The position numbers and the translations under genes were made by a program. Positions 1 through 9,812 of a stretch of DNA of 64,000 nucleotides are shown piece by piece. Location of the stretch: the NCBI GenBank assembly GCA_965140445.1, contig OZ223236.1, positions 3,424,001 through 3,488,000 on the forward strand, in the 5' to 3' direction. Every line of letters begins with the position of its first letter. Positions within the stretch are counted from its first letter, which is position 1. The notes below the pieces were generated by a model that saw only the letters and a list, made by a program, of their open reading frames with translations, searched no databases and was not told where the DNA came from. Source of the DNA: Candidatus Ozemobacteraceae bacterium. GTDB taxonomy: Bacteria; Muiribacteriota; Ozemobacteria; Ozemobacterales; Ozemobacteraceae.

Positions 1-1
1 A

Positions 2-868
2 GCTTCTAATTCTGGTCCGGATTTAATTATTGGTGGTCATAGCCACACCATACTTTTTTCCCCAATGCAATTAAACAACAGCCTTATCTGTCAGGCCGGT
101 GGACATGGGCAGTATCTTGGAAAAATCACTTTTTTTACCAACAAAACAGGAAAATGGAATCATGAGGGAGAATTAATTCAACTATCAAATTCAAAAAAGT
201 TTAATAACAAAGCACAAAAAATGATTGAAAGGTTTCACAATAATCCAGACGGGGAGCTACCAATTGCAATTCTTGATAACAGCCTTTCAGGGGCAAAGTT
301 TTCTGAAAACCCAGTTGGTTCATTGGTGACAGACGCGATTAACGCACATGGTAAGAGTGAAGTAGCATTTTTTCATGCGGCTGCAATTTCCCCAATTATG
401 TATAGCGGACACATATATGAAGCCGACATAAACAGAATACTCTCATGGGACAATCCAATTTTCACCACAGTTGTTTCTGGGAAAATTCTGAAACAAATTG
501 TTAACAGATCGCTTGAGGACAAATATCTTTTTCTTCATGTATCAGGATTCAGGATATTAAAAAACAATGGAAAGCTTCTATTAGTGCAAAACCAGACAGA
601 GATCATGGATAAACAGCTAATCAGAATTGCGGTTCCTGCATTTTTGACAACCGGAGGACAATTTGGTGGAAAAGGTTTTCCCATGCTAAGACATCTTGAC
701 TTTAATTTGGAAATAGCCTCCACAAGATCCTGTGTAATTGAATACTTGCGCAAGGAAAAAATTTCCGATTCAATTTTTGTTCAACGATGGGCACCGCAAC
801 TTTTGGAGAACAGATCGGATTTAACCAAAGTAAAACCTGATAACCTTAGCATCAAAAAGCTTTTATAG
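2..868 (+). CDS. Bifunctional metallophosphoesterase/5'-nucleotidase, 5'-truncated by window edge
   Basis: Frame open from position 2: DLIIGGHSHT metallophosphoesterase motif, QAGGHGQYLGKI, then 5'-nucleotidase C-terminal domain (ENPVGSLVTDA, FLHVSG). Confidence 0.85.
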   Translation, partial: ASNSGPDLIIGGHSHTILFSPMQLNNSLICQAGGHGQYLGKITFFTNKTGKWNHEGELIQLSNSKKFNNKAQKMIERFHNNPDGELPIAILDNSLSGAKFSENPVGSLVTDAINAHGKSEVAFFHAAAISPIMYSGHIYEADINRILSWDNPIFTTVVSGKILKQIVNRSLEDKYLFLHVSGFRILKNNGKLLLVQNQTEIMDKQLIRIAVPAFLTTGGQFGGKGFPMLRHLDFNLEIASTRSCVIEYLRKEKISDSIFVQRWAPQLLENRSDLTKVKPDNLSIKKLL

Positions 869-1112
869 AGCCAGTTTTAAGCTTCTGAAGCATGTTTTGT
901 CAGGTAAGAAGAAACTTTTAACCTGAATTCCGGCTCTTTAAATATAGAACAAAGAACCTATTTTCCTGGCATTTCTTGCGCCAATTCGGTGTCGCTATTA
1001 CTTAGTTTCTGCTCTGCTCACAATGGCTGTGTTAACAATTACAATTCCTGCAGCCATTGCGCCAGAAAACGATATTTTGCTTCTAGTTGGCACAATAAAT
1101 GCATTTACATAC

Positions 1113-1177
1113 CCATAACGTTGCCTTCACTTGCGGCGGCGCGAAGCAGAGCCGTCAAGTGAAAGGCTTGGTTAGCC
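1113..1177 (-). repeat. Terminal attC, short foreign type
   Basis: CCATAAC...TTCACTTGCGGC...GCCGTCAAGTGAA...GTTAGCC; GTTAGCCG matches CGGCTAAC at 2231. Confidence 0.85.
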
Positions 1178-1193
1178 GTTCCTGCCCCCCCTA

Positions 1194-2192
1194 TCACTTT
1201 GGCTTCTGCTGCGCATGCTTCTCGAAAAACTCCCAGATGGCATCCGTGGCCTTGAACTTGTTGGTAGCTTTCCCAACCCATGACTCCGGCAACTGGTTCT
1301 TGCCTCCCGGCCAGACATGGCCGTGGTCTTTGATGATGGTGAAGCGCACTTCGCTGTTGTCGCGGCCCGCGCTGTAGCTCACGGTTGTGACACCGGGCGA
1401 CGCAGGTATCGGTTCCGGCCCGGCCTGGCAACCAAGGAGGCGAGCCCAAGTGGTCACGTTTTCGCGCGCGGCAGGCTTCGCTTGCGATGCCATGTCCCGC
1501 GAGGCGTGCCCCGTGGCGAACTTCGGCACGCCACCCTCGAACGGATTGAGCGGGTCGGCATCGCCCGTGATGTAGTAGAGCGAGACAGGTCGTTCGAGTT
1601 TGGGCTGCTTGATCCAAAGCGCTCCGGCGAAGGGTGCGATTGCCGCGATACGTGCGGACAATTCGCATCCGACGCGGAACGTCATCGAGGCACCATTTGA
1701 GAAACCCGTGGCGTAGATACGCCGACGATCCACCGCGAACCGCGCAAGAAGGTCATCGATCATCGCGTTGATGAATGCCACGTCGGGAATGTCCTTCAGG
1801 CCGGCGTGAAAACGCCCGGAACCATCATTCCACACCTGGCCGTTGCTAACAAAGCGGCTCGGCTTTGTCGGATCGGGGGGCGTGGCTTCAGGGAAAACGG
1901 CGAAAAAGCCCTCCTGATCAGCCTTTTGCACCCAGTCTGTTTCCCACATCGCCCCACGTGCCCTGCCACCACCACCGTGAAACATGACGACGATCGGCAA
2001 CGCTTTCTTGCCGTCGTAGCCAGACGGCACGTGGATGATGTAGTGACGATCCAAGTCGCCGACTTTGAGCGTCAACGAATGGTCTCCCGGGCCAAACTCC
2101 ATCGCTTGGCGCTTCATCTGTTGAGCATCGTCAGCGCCGAGAATTGGCACTGCAAGCATCAATAGAGTGCAGAAACAGAGGATTCGGGGCAT
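1194..2192 (-). CDS. Secreted alpha/beta hydrolase, PHB depolymerase/LpqC-like esterase (cassette)
   Basis: GFSNG nucleophile elbow, FHGGGG, GHVWPGG and signal peptide. Start moved to 2192 (AAGGAG RBS) because the upstream extension runs into attC. Visibly GC-rich. Confidence 0.85.
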   Translation of the reverse strand: MPRILCFCTLLMLAVPILGADDAQQMKRQAMEFGPGDHSLTLKVGDLDRHYIIHVPSGYDGKKALPIVVMFHGGGGRARGAMWETDWVQKADQEGFFAVFPEATPPDPTKPSRFVSNGQVWNDGSGRFHAGLKDIPDVAFINAMIDDLLARFAVDRRRIYATGFSNGASMTFRVGCELSARIAAIAPFAGALWIKQPKLERPVSLYYITGDADPLNPFEGGVPKFATGHASRDMASQAKPAARENVTTWARLLGCQAGPEPIPASPGVTTVSYSAGRDNSEVRFTIIKDHGHVWPGGKNQLPESWVGKATNKFKATDAIWEFFEKHAQQKPK

Positions 2193-2361
2193 ACGGTTGC
2201 TCCTTGGCGATTTGTGCTTTCCATCATTTTCGGCTAACGACAAGTCGTGACCGGACGCCGAGCGGCGCCTTCGGCAAGCGAGGGAATCGGTGCTGGCGAA
2301 AAAGTTGCCGTTTTTTCGCGACTTTTTGTGACAGCATCGGCGTTCCGAGTCGACGCACTTG

Positions 2362-2706
2362 TTAAGCCGTAATTTTTTTACTTATGTCTTCAATTAATTG
2401 GGGGATACATAATTGGATTGTATCCCATACCATTTCAGAATCTACAATGTCATATCCATGGGCAATAATATTCCGGAAACCTATAATTTGATCTATTTCT
2501 GAGATATCCGTTGCAACTTCTGGGAATTGTTTTCTTAAACGATTTAAAGCTTCACCAATTATTTCGAACTTTCTTTCACAAGCGCTCTGAATCAATTCAT
2601 TCGAAATAAAAGTTTCCTTCGTTAAGTTTGCCGAAAACTCCTGGATCGATTTGGCTGCTGATAATGCATCAAAAAGAAGTTTTTCAATTGTGTGAAGCGA
2701 AGACAT
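2362..2706 (-). CDS. HEPN/DUF86 (HepT-like) RNase toxin
   Basis: ERKFEIIGEA and RNIIAHGY (Rx4H) motifs; overlaps MNT gene. Confidence 0.9.
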   Translation of the reverse strand: MSSLHTIEKLLFDALSAAKSIQEFSANLTKETFISNELIQSACERKFEIIGEALNRLRKQFPEVATDISEIDQIIGFRNIIAHGYDIVDSEMVWDTIQLCIPQLIEDISKKITA

Positions 2707-2992
2707 TTTTTCTAGTTCTCTCTACCGATGCTTTAAGATAAGGATTTCTAATTGATTTTTCTGTAATAAGATCTATTTCTCTACAGAGCAACTGTTGAAG
2801 CTGTTTTTGAAGATTGAGAAACTTATCAAGAAGGTTTGTTTGGTTTGGCTGAAAATCGACAACAAAATCCAGATCGCTCTCTTCATTAAATTCATCTGTT
2901 GTTGCTGATCCAAAAAGATCTAGTCGAGCTACTGCGAATTGTTTACACAGGGCCTGGATTTCATTCTTAAAATTTTCAATCTTGAATCTCAT
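2684..2992 (-). CDS. Minimal nucleotidyltransferase (MNT) antitoxin
   Basis: LFGS...SDLDFVV motif; upstream of HEPN gene. Confidence 0.9.
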   Translation of the reverse strand: MRFKIENFKNEIQALCKQFAVARLDLFGSATTDEFNEESDLDFVVDFQPNQTNLLDKFLNLQKQLQQLLCREIDLITEKSIRNPYLKASVERTRKNVFASHN

Positions 2993-2998
2993 ACTGAA

Positions 2999-3007
2999 AT
3001 TATACCA
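2999..3007 (-). promoter_or_regulatory. Extended -10 promoter (TGGTATAAT) of the MNT-HEPN cassette
   Basis: Perfect TGnTATAAT ending 6 nt before the ATG at 2992. Confidence 0.6.
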
Positions 3008-3042
3008 TGTGCACCATCAATATATTTTGTTTTTTTAATTCG

Positions 3043-3107
3043 GCTTAACGATAAAGGTCACTTGCGGCGCCGCGCTTCCCGGCGTCAAGTGAACCGCCTG
3101 GTTCGGC
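3043..3107 (-). repeat. attC, short foreign type
   Basis: GCTTAAC...TCACTTGCGGCG...CGTCAAGTGAA...GTTCGGC; same family as 1113-1177. Confidence 0.85.
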
Positions 3108-3185
3108 GATCTCCTGTGCAGTAGTAACCTATGGGATATCTAAATTTTTCAGGTTTTTATTGTTGAAGCCTTTGGCAAAGAGGCT

Positions 3186-4712
3186 TCAATCTCTAGTTTT
3201 CTTCTTCAAAACAATGCTTTCATATTCTTCCGGATAATGTTTCTTCATACACGGGTGGCAAATTGTATGGCTAAAGTCCACACCAGTATGTTTATGAATA
3301 TATGCTTCAATTTGTTCGTAATACCCTTCATCATTTCTAATATTTTTACAAATTGAACAAATAGGTAAGATACCACGTAATACCTTTAATTCATTGAGAG
3401 TTGCTTGTAACTCCGCAATCAAACGTTCACGTTCTGCCGTGGCAGATTCAAGAGCAACCACATCTTCGTCGAGCTGATGAGCCATTCCTTTAAAGACCTC
3501 TACGGCTCTCGCCATTTCTCCGATTTCATTTTGAGCATCCTGAAACGGGACATTAACATCAAGATCTTTCTTCGCCAGACGACGAATCGATGAAGTGACC
3601 TCAGCCATAGGGCTTACGACTCGGAAGTGGACATAAAAAAAGATGAGAAGAATAAGCACTAAGGACCCAACTGTAATGGATAACAGGACAATTATTTGCT
3701 TATGAGCATGAGCTACTTTCCTGTCAGCATAATTTTGAGTCACCTCTACAATGGTGTTCATGAACGAAGCTATTTGCTGAAGGGCTTTTACCCCATGGCT
3801 TAAAAATTCAGGTTGAGAATATGGATACGGGCCCCCATGTAAAGTTAGAGGAAATACTTCGTCCCGATAGGGGAGGTAAGTATCGAAATAGATTTTTTTT
3901 AGATCAGCTAATGCCTGAGGAATTTGTGGATCAGTCAATGGTTGACAGAGATCAGACAAACTATCAAAATGATGCTTGGTACTTACCTGTAAATTGGAAA
4001 TCTTTTTTGCCAATTTAGCTTTGATAGGTTTACCAGACAGGATTGTTGCCGAAAGAATGGACATCTCCGGTCCAGCAGTATTACGCAGGCTCAAAGTTTC
4101 ATGCTTTAAAGAAGAGTAACGACTAATCATTCCATCAGCATCACTTATGTTACTTGAAATAGTTACAAGCAAGGCATTAATATTTTCAATGTATTCGGTC
4201 ATTGTTGCAAACCATACTTCAGCAAGTCCTTGTTTCCTTTTTTCTTTCGAAATGACTAGCTCTTTGGCTGTCTTCTCCCTGAGATCTGCAACTTTTTTGG
4301 TTAGTCTATTTATTGCATCTATAAAAAGAGTTGTTTCTGCTGTTTCCCTTGCTGGCAACTTTGCCAGCGCGCTTTGGAGCGCTTTGTCTCCGTCTACCCT
4401 TCGTGCCAGAATAAATTTTCTGTTATTTTTCATTTTTTCAACTGGGCCTGAGTCATTTAAAACGACATTAACGCGCCCTCTCTCAAAACCATAATTTTCG
4501 ACAGCTGTAAATAGATCATCACTTATACTATTGAGATATTGAACCTCCTTGGATAGTTTGTAGCTCTGGACAGAACGATAAAGTGCTGGAATGGAAGAGA
4601 GGAGATGCAGGAAGGTCACTGCAAATAAAGTCAAAAAGATGACCGTTCTGACATGAAAAAAACTGTGAGATATAGGTGAAGGTGAAGGTGAAGATTTTTT
4701 TACAGCGGCCAT
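3186..4712 (-). CDS. Membrane sensor-like protein with HAMP domain and Cys-rich C-terminal tail
   Basis: Two TM segments around a helical extracytoplasmic domain; HAMP (VSPMAEV...NEIGEMARAVEVF); tail LRGILPICSICKNIR...HTICHPC. Confidence 0.75.
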   Translation of the reverse strand: MAAVKKSSPSPSPISHSFFHVRTVIFLTLFAVTFLHLLSSIPALYRSVQSYKLSKEVQYLNSISDDLFTAVENYGFERGRVNVVLNDSGPVEKMKNNRKFILARRVDGDKALQSALAKLPARETAETTLFIDAINRLTKKVADLREKTAKELVISKEKRKQGLAEVWFATMTEYIENINALLVTISSNISDADGMISRYSSLKHETLSLRNTAGPEMSILSATILSGKPIKAKLAKKISNLQVSTKHHFDSLSDLCQPLTDPQIPQALADLKKIYFDTYLPYRDEVFPLTLHGGPYPYSQPEFLSHGVKALQQIASFMNTIVEVTQNYADRKVAHAHKQIIVLLSITVGSLVLILLIFFYVHFRVVSPMAEVTSSIRRLAKKDLDVNVPFQDAQNEIGEMARAVEVFKGMAHQLDEDVVALESATAERERLIAELQATLNELKVLRGILPICSICKNIRNDEGYYEQIEAYIHKHTGVDFSHTICHPCMKKHYPEEYESIVLKKKTRD

Positions 4713-5427
4713 ATGTCCTCTACATGAACGTGAATTTTCTTTGGAAAAATAAATTTTATTATAAAATCAAATAGTTAGATTTTTTCCACAAACTGATGCC
4801 TGTCAGCATTGGCAATGCTATACATAAAGATAAAATAAATTCAAGGTTACCGCCATCCATCCTAAATTCTCATCTTTTTAATAATCCTATAGAACATCTT
4901 GCAACTTATCAAATGGTTTCCTGGACTATAGTTGTTATTCACGCCGCCGAACGCTTGTCGAGACCGGAAAAACGAGACGGGCGCGGGTGTTGCGTAAGCA
5001 AGACCCGTGATCCGGCCGATTTTTCCGCGTTGACGCACTTGTTAGAGATGTTTTTTATTTTTATTATAAGTTTTATATGAAAACATTCAATCTTTTGATT
5101 CGAGCTAATTAAACATTTAGAAATTAATTTTGTATCTACTGGCTCTGGAAAAGCACTTCAGAATCACAATTACATAAAAATTGTCCAACACTCTGACCGA
5201 ATTTTTGCAATTTTTATGAGCAGAGCTATATCTAATCCGCTAAGCAGAAAAGCTTAAATTTTACTTCTCATTTTTTTCAATAAAAATTTTGCTTAGTATT
5301 GGAATAATCATAAAACCGACCAAAAAGAAAAAAACAAAGTTAACAGAAAGTTCAAATGGAGAGAATTGGTTCGCTATTGTGTAACCAATTGTACAGTTCA
5401 TTATAAAAAATAGTAATTCGAAAAAAG

Positions 5428-5745
5428 TCATTTTTTCTTTTTAAACACTTTCTTATGCCAATAAGCTTGTTTTTGGTCATAAAACCATTCTTTGTTTTTA
5501 TCATTCAAAAATACTGCCAATTGAGTCATATCAATTTTGTATCTCTGAAAAATAGCTAAAATCTCCCGCAAGCAAGAATTTGAAGGCTTTTTGGTGTTTA
5601 CTGTGAGAAATATTGTATCTCCAATTCCTTTAATCTCTTTTATGCAGCTAATTGAATCTAGCCATTTAAAGAATGAATTTTCATCTTCCTTAGAATAAAA
5701 AGTTAACTTTTTACAAGCCAGTTTAGGCATAATAATTCTTGTCAT
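5428..5745 (-). CDS. Hypothetical protein (cassette)
   Basis: ORF begins just after the cassette start and fills the cassette up to module A. Confidence 0.7.
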   Translation of the reverse strand: MTRIIMPKLACKKLTFYSKEDENSFFKWLDSISCIKEIKGIGDTIFLTVNTKKPSNSCLREILAIFQRYKIDMTQLAVFLNDKNKEWFYDQKQAYWHKKVFKKKK

Positions 5746-5946
5746 AGTTTTTTATCTCTAACGCCAGTCGTGACCGGAAAAACGAGACAGGCGCGGGTGT
5801 TGCGCAAGCAAGACCCGCGACATCGGCTATTTTCCGAGTCGCCGCACTTGTTAATGTGCTTCAATTCATTATTGATAGGCATTTTAATTTGTTTGATTTT
5901 TGTGTTTTTAAGTTCATTTTTTCTTGGGTTCTCAGGCGCAACTGAA

Positions 5947-6738
5947 TTAAACCAGTTTAACTTTCCATTGTTTTCGTGGAAAATCAAACCACCATTTAGC
6001 CTGTTGGAAAGCTCCGAACCCAAGGATCATTTGCATAGGTATTTTGACGGACTTATTGATTACTGAAAGTGGGACTCCAGCAACTTTATGTGGTTTAAAC
6101 TGGCATCCAGCAATTTGGATGGAATTCATAATAAATACTGGGGTACTGAATTTTGAACCACCGGAATCTGTACCTATTTCATGGGCAACTTCCTGAAACA
6201 AAGATTTGTTCTTTTCAATAAAATTTAAATCTACCAACGATATACCAGCTCCTGAATCCCAAACTGCCGATATATCTTTTTCACCACATTTTACTGGAAT
6301 GTAAGGAATGTTGCCATCATCCAACGTCAATGATTCTGGAGACTGGATAACTACGTCTTTGTTATTAACCTCTAATCTATTTTCGGGAAAATTAAATATG
6401 AGATTATAATCTTTGAGAATGTCCATTCCTAATAGATTCTGGCTGGAATGCTCTTCCAGTGATCTAGCAAGAGTAAGATTCCTTAGGATAAATGAGCCAA
6501 GCTCTAGACGCTCCACCTTTATCAGATCAAAGCTATAGGAACCAAACACGCCTGATGATGTACTGGTTCCAACTTTTTTGAACTTTTTAGAAGATTCATT
6601 GAAGCATAATGTTGTCTTTGCACACGCAGTATCAAGGATAAATGGCAAAATTTCACCATTTAATTTAACTTGCACGTGAATTTCACCAGTTTCATGGGAT
6701 TCATCATCAAATTTGGTGTCTAGTTTTATACTTGGCAT
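5947..6738 (-). CDS. Retropepsin-like aspartyl protease, two domains
   Basis: FILDTAC...LLGMDIL and VWDSGAG...ILGF motifs; GGAG RBS. Confidence 0.8.
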   Translation of the reverse strand: MPSIKLDTKFDDESHETGEIHVQVKLNGEILPFILDTACAKTTLCFNESSKKFKKVGTSTSSGVFGSYSFDLIKVERLELGSFILRNLTLARSLEEHSSQNLLGMDILKDYNLIFNFPENRLEVNNKDVVIQSPESLTLDDGNIPYIPVKCGEKDISAVWDSGAGISLVDLNFIEKNKSLFQEVAHEIGTDSGGSKFSTPVFIMNSIQIAGCQFKPHKVAGVPLSVINKSVKIPMQMILGFGAFQQAKWWFDFPRKQWKVKLV

Positions 6739-6806
6739 TCTATTCTCCTATGGTATCTAAATTTAGTTGGGTTGGGGCCCAGATTCTAGTATGGCTCCAA
6801 TTGATT

Positions 6807-6916
6807 ATTCAACTATTCACCGGAACATAGCTTCTCCTCTTTTATCCAGGGTTTTCGTTCATTATGAATCAACAGTGATTTGGCAGCCAATTTCGTCGTC
6901 TACGCACTTATTAGTG
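6807..6916 (-). repeat. Decayed attC inside a compound cassette
   Basis: TTCAAC...ACCGGAA...CGTCTACGCACTTATTAGTG (GTT changed to ATT). Confidence 0.65.
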
Positions 6917-7083
6917 CTCTTCAAATTTTTATTAATCGGCGCTTTGATTGATTCAATTTTTTGTATTTTTAAGTTCATTTTTTGGGGGGGCAATTATATT
7001 AATTCTTTAACCGATTGTCTGAGAAAATCATACTTTGTATTGATTATCACAGTCGATAGGTTTTATAAAATTCTCGCATTAAC
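6910..7083. repeat. Module B ORF-less unit (full copy); partial copy at 5850-5950
   Basis: Similar to 15836-15981 and 16406-16567, sharing CTGAGAAAATCATACTTTG.ATTGATTA...CAGTCGATA hairpin. Confidence 0.8.
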
Positions 7084-7176
7084 GCCTGTCGTGACCGGAA
7101 AAAGCCAAGATGGCGCGGGGCTTGCTCCGCAAGACCCGTGACAGCGGCTATTTTCCGTGTCGACGCACTTGTTAGA

Positions 7177-7464
7177 CTACTTTTTTATATATTTTTTTAA
7201 CTTTCTGTAAAAGTTTTCATGGGTAGAAAGCATTACAAGTTGAATTTCATCATCAGTATATTTGTAAGCCAAAAGATAAAGACAATTCAAAAAATTGAAT
7301 TTATGCACCCGAATTTCTTGAAGATCCCCCTTCTTTTGCTCCCCAATTTCTGGGTTTTCAGCGATTATTCTGACTTGAGAATCAATTTTTGCCTTGAATT
7401 TTTTATCTACCTTTTTTATAAATTTAAAGAACGTTGGCGATTGATAAATTTTCATTTCAGCCAA
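7177..7464 (-). CDS. RelE/ParE-like toxin
   Basis: NPEIGEQKKGDL..IRVHKF...HENFY. Confidence 0.85.
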   Translation of the reverse strand: MAEMKIYQSPTFFKFIKKVDKKFKAKIDSQVRIIAENPEIGEQKKGDLQEIRVHKFNFLNCLYLLAYKYTDDEIQLVMLSTHENFYRKLKKYIKK

Positions 7465-7675
7465 ATTTATATTCGATTTTTTGACCTGAACTCAATTCCT
7501 CAAGTCCTAGCAACATTTCTTTAATTTGCGCATAAGTTAAATCAGGGTTTTCTTCTGAACATTTACCTATTTTGGCCCAAAACTCAATCTGACCAGTTAA
7601 CGAACGATTATTTACTTTACTATAAACCCTGGCCTCAGAAATCAAAGAATCCGAAATTTTTACGGCGATGGCCAT
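7457..7675 (-). CDS. ParD-like antitoxin
   Basis: AVKISDSL...RSLTGQIEFWAKIGK..EENPDL; overlaps toxin; own promoter TTGCAA-18-TAAAAT at 7735-7706. Confidence 0.85.
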   Translation of the reverse strand: MAIAVKISDSLISEARVYSKVNNRSLTGQIEFWAKIGKCSEENPDLTYAQIKEMLLGLEELSSGQKIEYKFG

Positions 7676-7772
7676 TTTGCCCTCCTATAAAGTGTTCTCA
7701 TCTTTATTTTATTATTTTTTCGATTAGTTTTGCAACTTATTGCAACTTTTAGTGTTTTTTCTTTTGAAGTTA

Positions 7773-7816
7773 GTCTAACGCCGGCCGGTTTTTCCGCGTC
7801 GACGCACTTGTTAGAC
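7773..7816 (-). repeat. Internally deleted attC (44 bp)
   Basis: GTCTAACGCC joined directly to GGCCGGTTTTTCC..., removing the L' arm of a family I site. Confidence 0.8.
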
Positions 7817-7869
7817 AGAATTTTTTTTACATTAATAATTATATGAAAACCTCGAATTTAATAAGCGCT

Positions 7870-8844
7870 CTATTTCCAAGGAGGCCCCCCAACCACTTTT
7901 AGAGAATTAATTAATTGAGTGAAGAATGGGCCATCGCTTTCCATCCGTAAAGAAGGCCAAGGTGGTGGAGAAAGCTCATACCAAAGGAAGAACCCTAAAC
8001 CATTTCCGCATAGCGAAAAGAGGCGCATGGGAAGTTTCATAAAAAACCTTTTACCTGGACCATAATGCTTATACTCACGACCTGAAGAATAAAGGATGCT
8101 AGCAACCATAGGTATTCCCGCAATAGATTCAATTCCGAAGTCATTAATAGAATTTAGAATGATGAAGAAATCGTGGCTTACAGAATTCTTGTGGTAACAC
8201 CTTATAATTGCCGGGAATGTTCGTGAAATATTGAGTTTCCCAATTGTTTCGACTAGATCGATATGAAAACCACCAGTATCCGGTTTGGCTTGTAACCATA
8301 AAATTTCATCAACCACCCATTCTGGTGGGTGCGCGAATTTACCAAGCGTGTCCAAACCATAGCGGACCAATTCAAGAAGGTCGGAACCTTTAATAATTCT
8401 CAGGACTCTATTGTACTCATCATCAGTTGCCCTAGTTTTGTAATATAGCGAATCCAAGAATTCGAAGTTCGAAACATCATTGGGAGTGAACCCCGTAAAT
8501 TTCCAACCACCAAACCCCAAAATGATTCGTTGTGGCTTAACCATTGACCTTTCAATGTATTTTTCCGTTTCTTTTAGCTTCCAGCCATCTTTTGGCATAG
8601 GCCTCTCATTGCCAAAGGAAAAATCAAATTGGCTATTTTGACTGGAAAACCATTCAAGATTTTTGTTTAAGCCATACTTAGTCGATAGTTCTTCAACTTT
8701 TAGTTCCCAAGTAATAGAGGAAATTTCCTTGGCCAAGTTATCAGAACCAGCCCATTTTTTTCCGCGACCGGTTGCCCAGAAAGAAAATAATTCGGTAGGA
8801 ACAGAAAAAAGATACACAGGAAGACTTTCAACCTGTGATGCCAT
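7870..8844 (-). CDS. Hypothetical protein (cassette)
   Basis: 324 aa ORF filling the cassette. Confidence 0.65.
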   Translation of the reverse strand: MASQVESLPVYLFSVPTELFSFWATGRGKKWAGSDNLAKEISSITWELKVEELSTKYGLNKNLEWFSSQNSQFDFSFGNERPMPKDGWKLKETEKYIERSMVKPQRIILGFGGWKFTGFTPNDVSNFEFLDSLYYKTRATDDEYNRVLRIIKGSDLLELVRYGLDTLGKFAHPPEWVVDEILWLQAKPDTGGFHIDLVETIGKLNISRTFPAIIRCYHKNSVSHDFFIILNSINDFGIESIAGIPMVASILYSSGREYKHYGPGKRFFMKLPMRLFSLCGNGLGFFLWYELSPPPWPSLRMESDGPFFTQLINSLKVVGGPPWK

Positions 8845-8892
8845 GTCGTTAGAGCAGATTCAATTTTTCTTTTCATTCTCTTGGCCATTTCT

Positions 8893-9021
8893 GTCTAACG
8901 ACCAAGCTCAGCGGCCGCCGAGCGTTTTACAGCGAGGGAATTTCGGCGTTTTTGGAGGAAATCTTGTTTTGCACAAGATTTCTGACAAGCCGAAACGGTC
9001 CGCTGCAGCGCTTTGTTAGAC
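8893..9021 (-). repeat. attC, divergent long type
   Basis: GTCTAAC..GCTCAGCGG...GAAATCTTG..CAAGATTTC...CCGCTGCAGC..GTTAGAC palindrome. Confidence 0.85.
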
Positions 9022-9798
9022 ATTTTGCTTCGAAATCCTCTCAGCCATTTGTTTTGCAAACTCAGGAAAACCGTCAAGGCCAACGGAATCAAAAGCCTCT
9101 GCCCAACTAATCACATGATGTGTTTCACTGGATGTCTTTTTTGAAACCAAAAACATAAATTTGGTCTTAATTCCCAACAGTTCCTCCATCATGTATTTTT
9201 GAAGTTCGGTTTGCGTAACTTGGGATAGTTTTCGTGCAGTAAAAATTTCCTGATCATTGCGGGATGAGGGGTATTTACCTTCCTTCGATTCGTATTTTGC
9301 CTCAATACACAAGGCATTGTCTTTATCAATATGGATAACAATGTCTGGCTTAATGTTAAAGGACCATTTAAACATGCAAATCTTTTTGAAATCATCGTTA
9401 TCCGGGAAATTTTCAGAAAACTTTGTAATTGCCCAATTTCCAGGACTCTCCACATAGTTGGCGGAAGGTTTGCCGCTAACGCCAAATTTTCGGTTTAAAT
9501 CAACGAAAGGAAGATTAAGAATCTCTTGGATATCATTGATTTTTAAAAGGCCACCAATGATACGCTTTCTTGTATCATTCTCTTTTACATGGTACCAAAG
9601 GTCACGGATGAACGAGTATTCAAAATAAATTCCAAAATCAGGACCAAGGGTTGGTGTTTGAACTCCACACATCGCAAGAAATTTTAACGCATTCTCTGGT
9701 TTGCAAAGAGCTGAATACAAAATTGCAGCATAGTTTCTTTCTTCTCGGTTAATCTGGAAATAGTTTGGGTTAAGATTTGCTAGTTCTCGAATATTCAT
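9016..9798 (-). CDS. PD-(D/E)XK nuclease-like protein
   Basis: KPDIVI...LCIEAK motif; stop codon lies in the R'' box of attC. Confidence 0.65.
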   Translation of the reverse strand: MNIRELANLNPNYFQINREERNYAAILYSALCKPENALKFLAMCGVQTPTLGPDFGIYFEYSFIRDLWYHVKENDTRKRIIGGLLKINDIQEILNLPFVDLNRKFGVSGKPSANYVESPGNWAITKFSENFPDNDDFKKICMFKWSFNIKPDIVIHIDKDNALCIEAKYESKEGKYPSSRNDQEIFTARKLSQVTQTELQKYMMEELLGIKTKFMFLVSKKTSSETHHVISWAEAFDSVGLDGFPEFAKQMAERISKQNV

Positions 9799-9812
9799 TG
9801 TTCCGCCTTAAT

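Noticed and set aside
1011..1059. GCTCTGCTCA (same as the module A boundary) followed by the hairpin CAATGGCTG/CAGCCATTG outside the array
   Set aside because: Only a 10-nt match with an unrelated hairpin. It cannot be told from chance, and the hairpin may just be a terminator-like element.
1105..2165. Overlapping alternative ORFs across the esterase
   Set aside because: Typical shadow frames of GC-rich DNA; only the esterase frame has motifs and an RBS.
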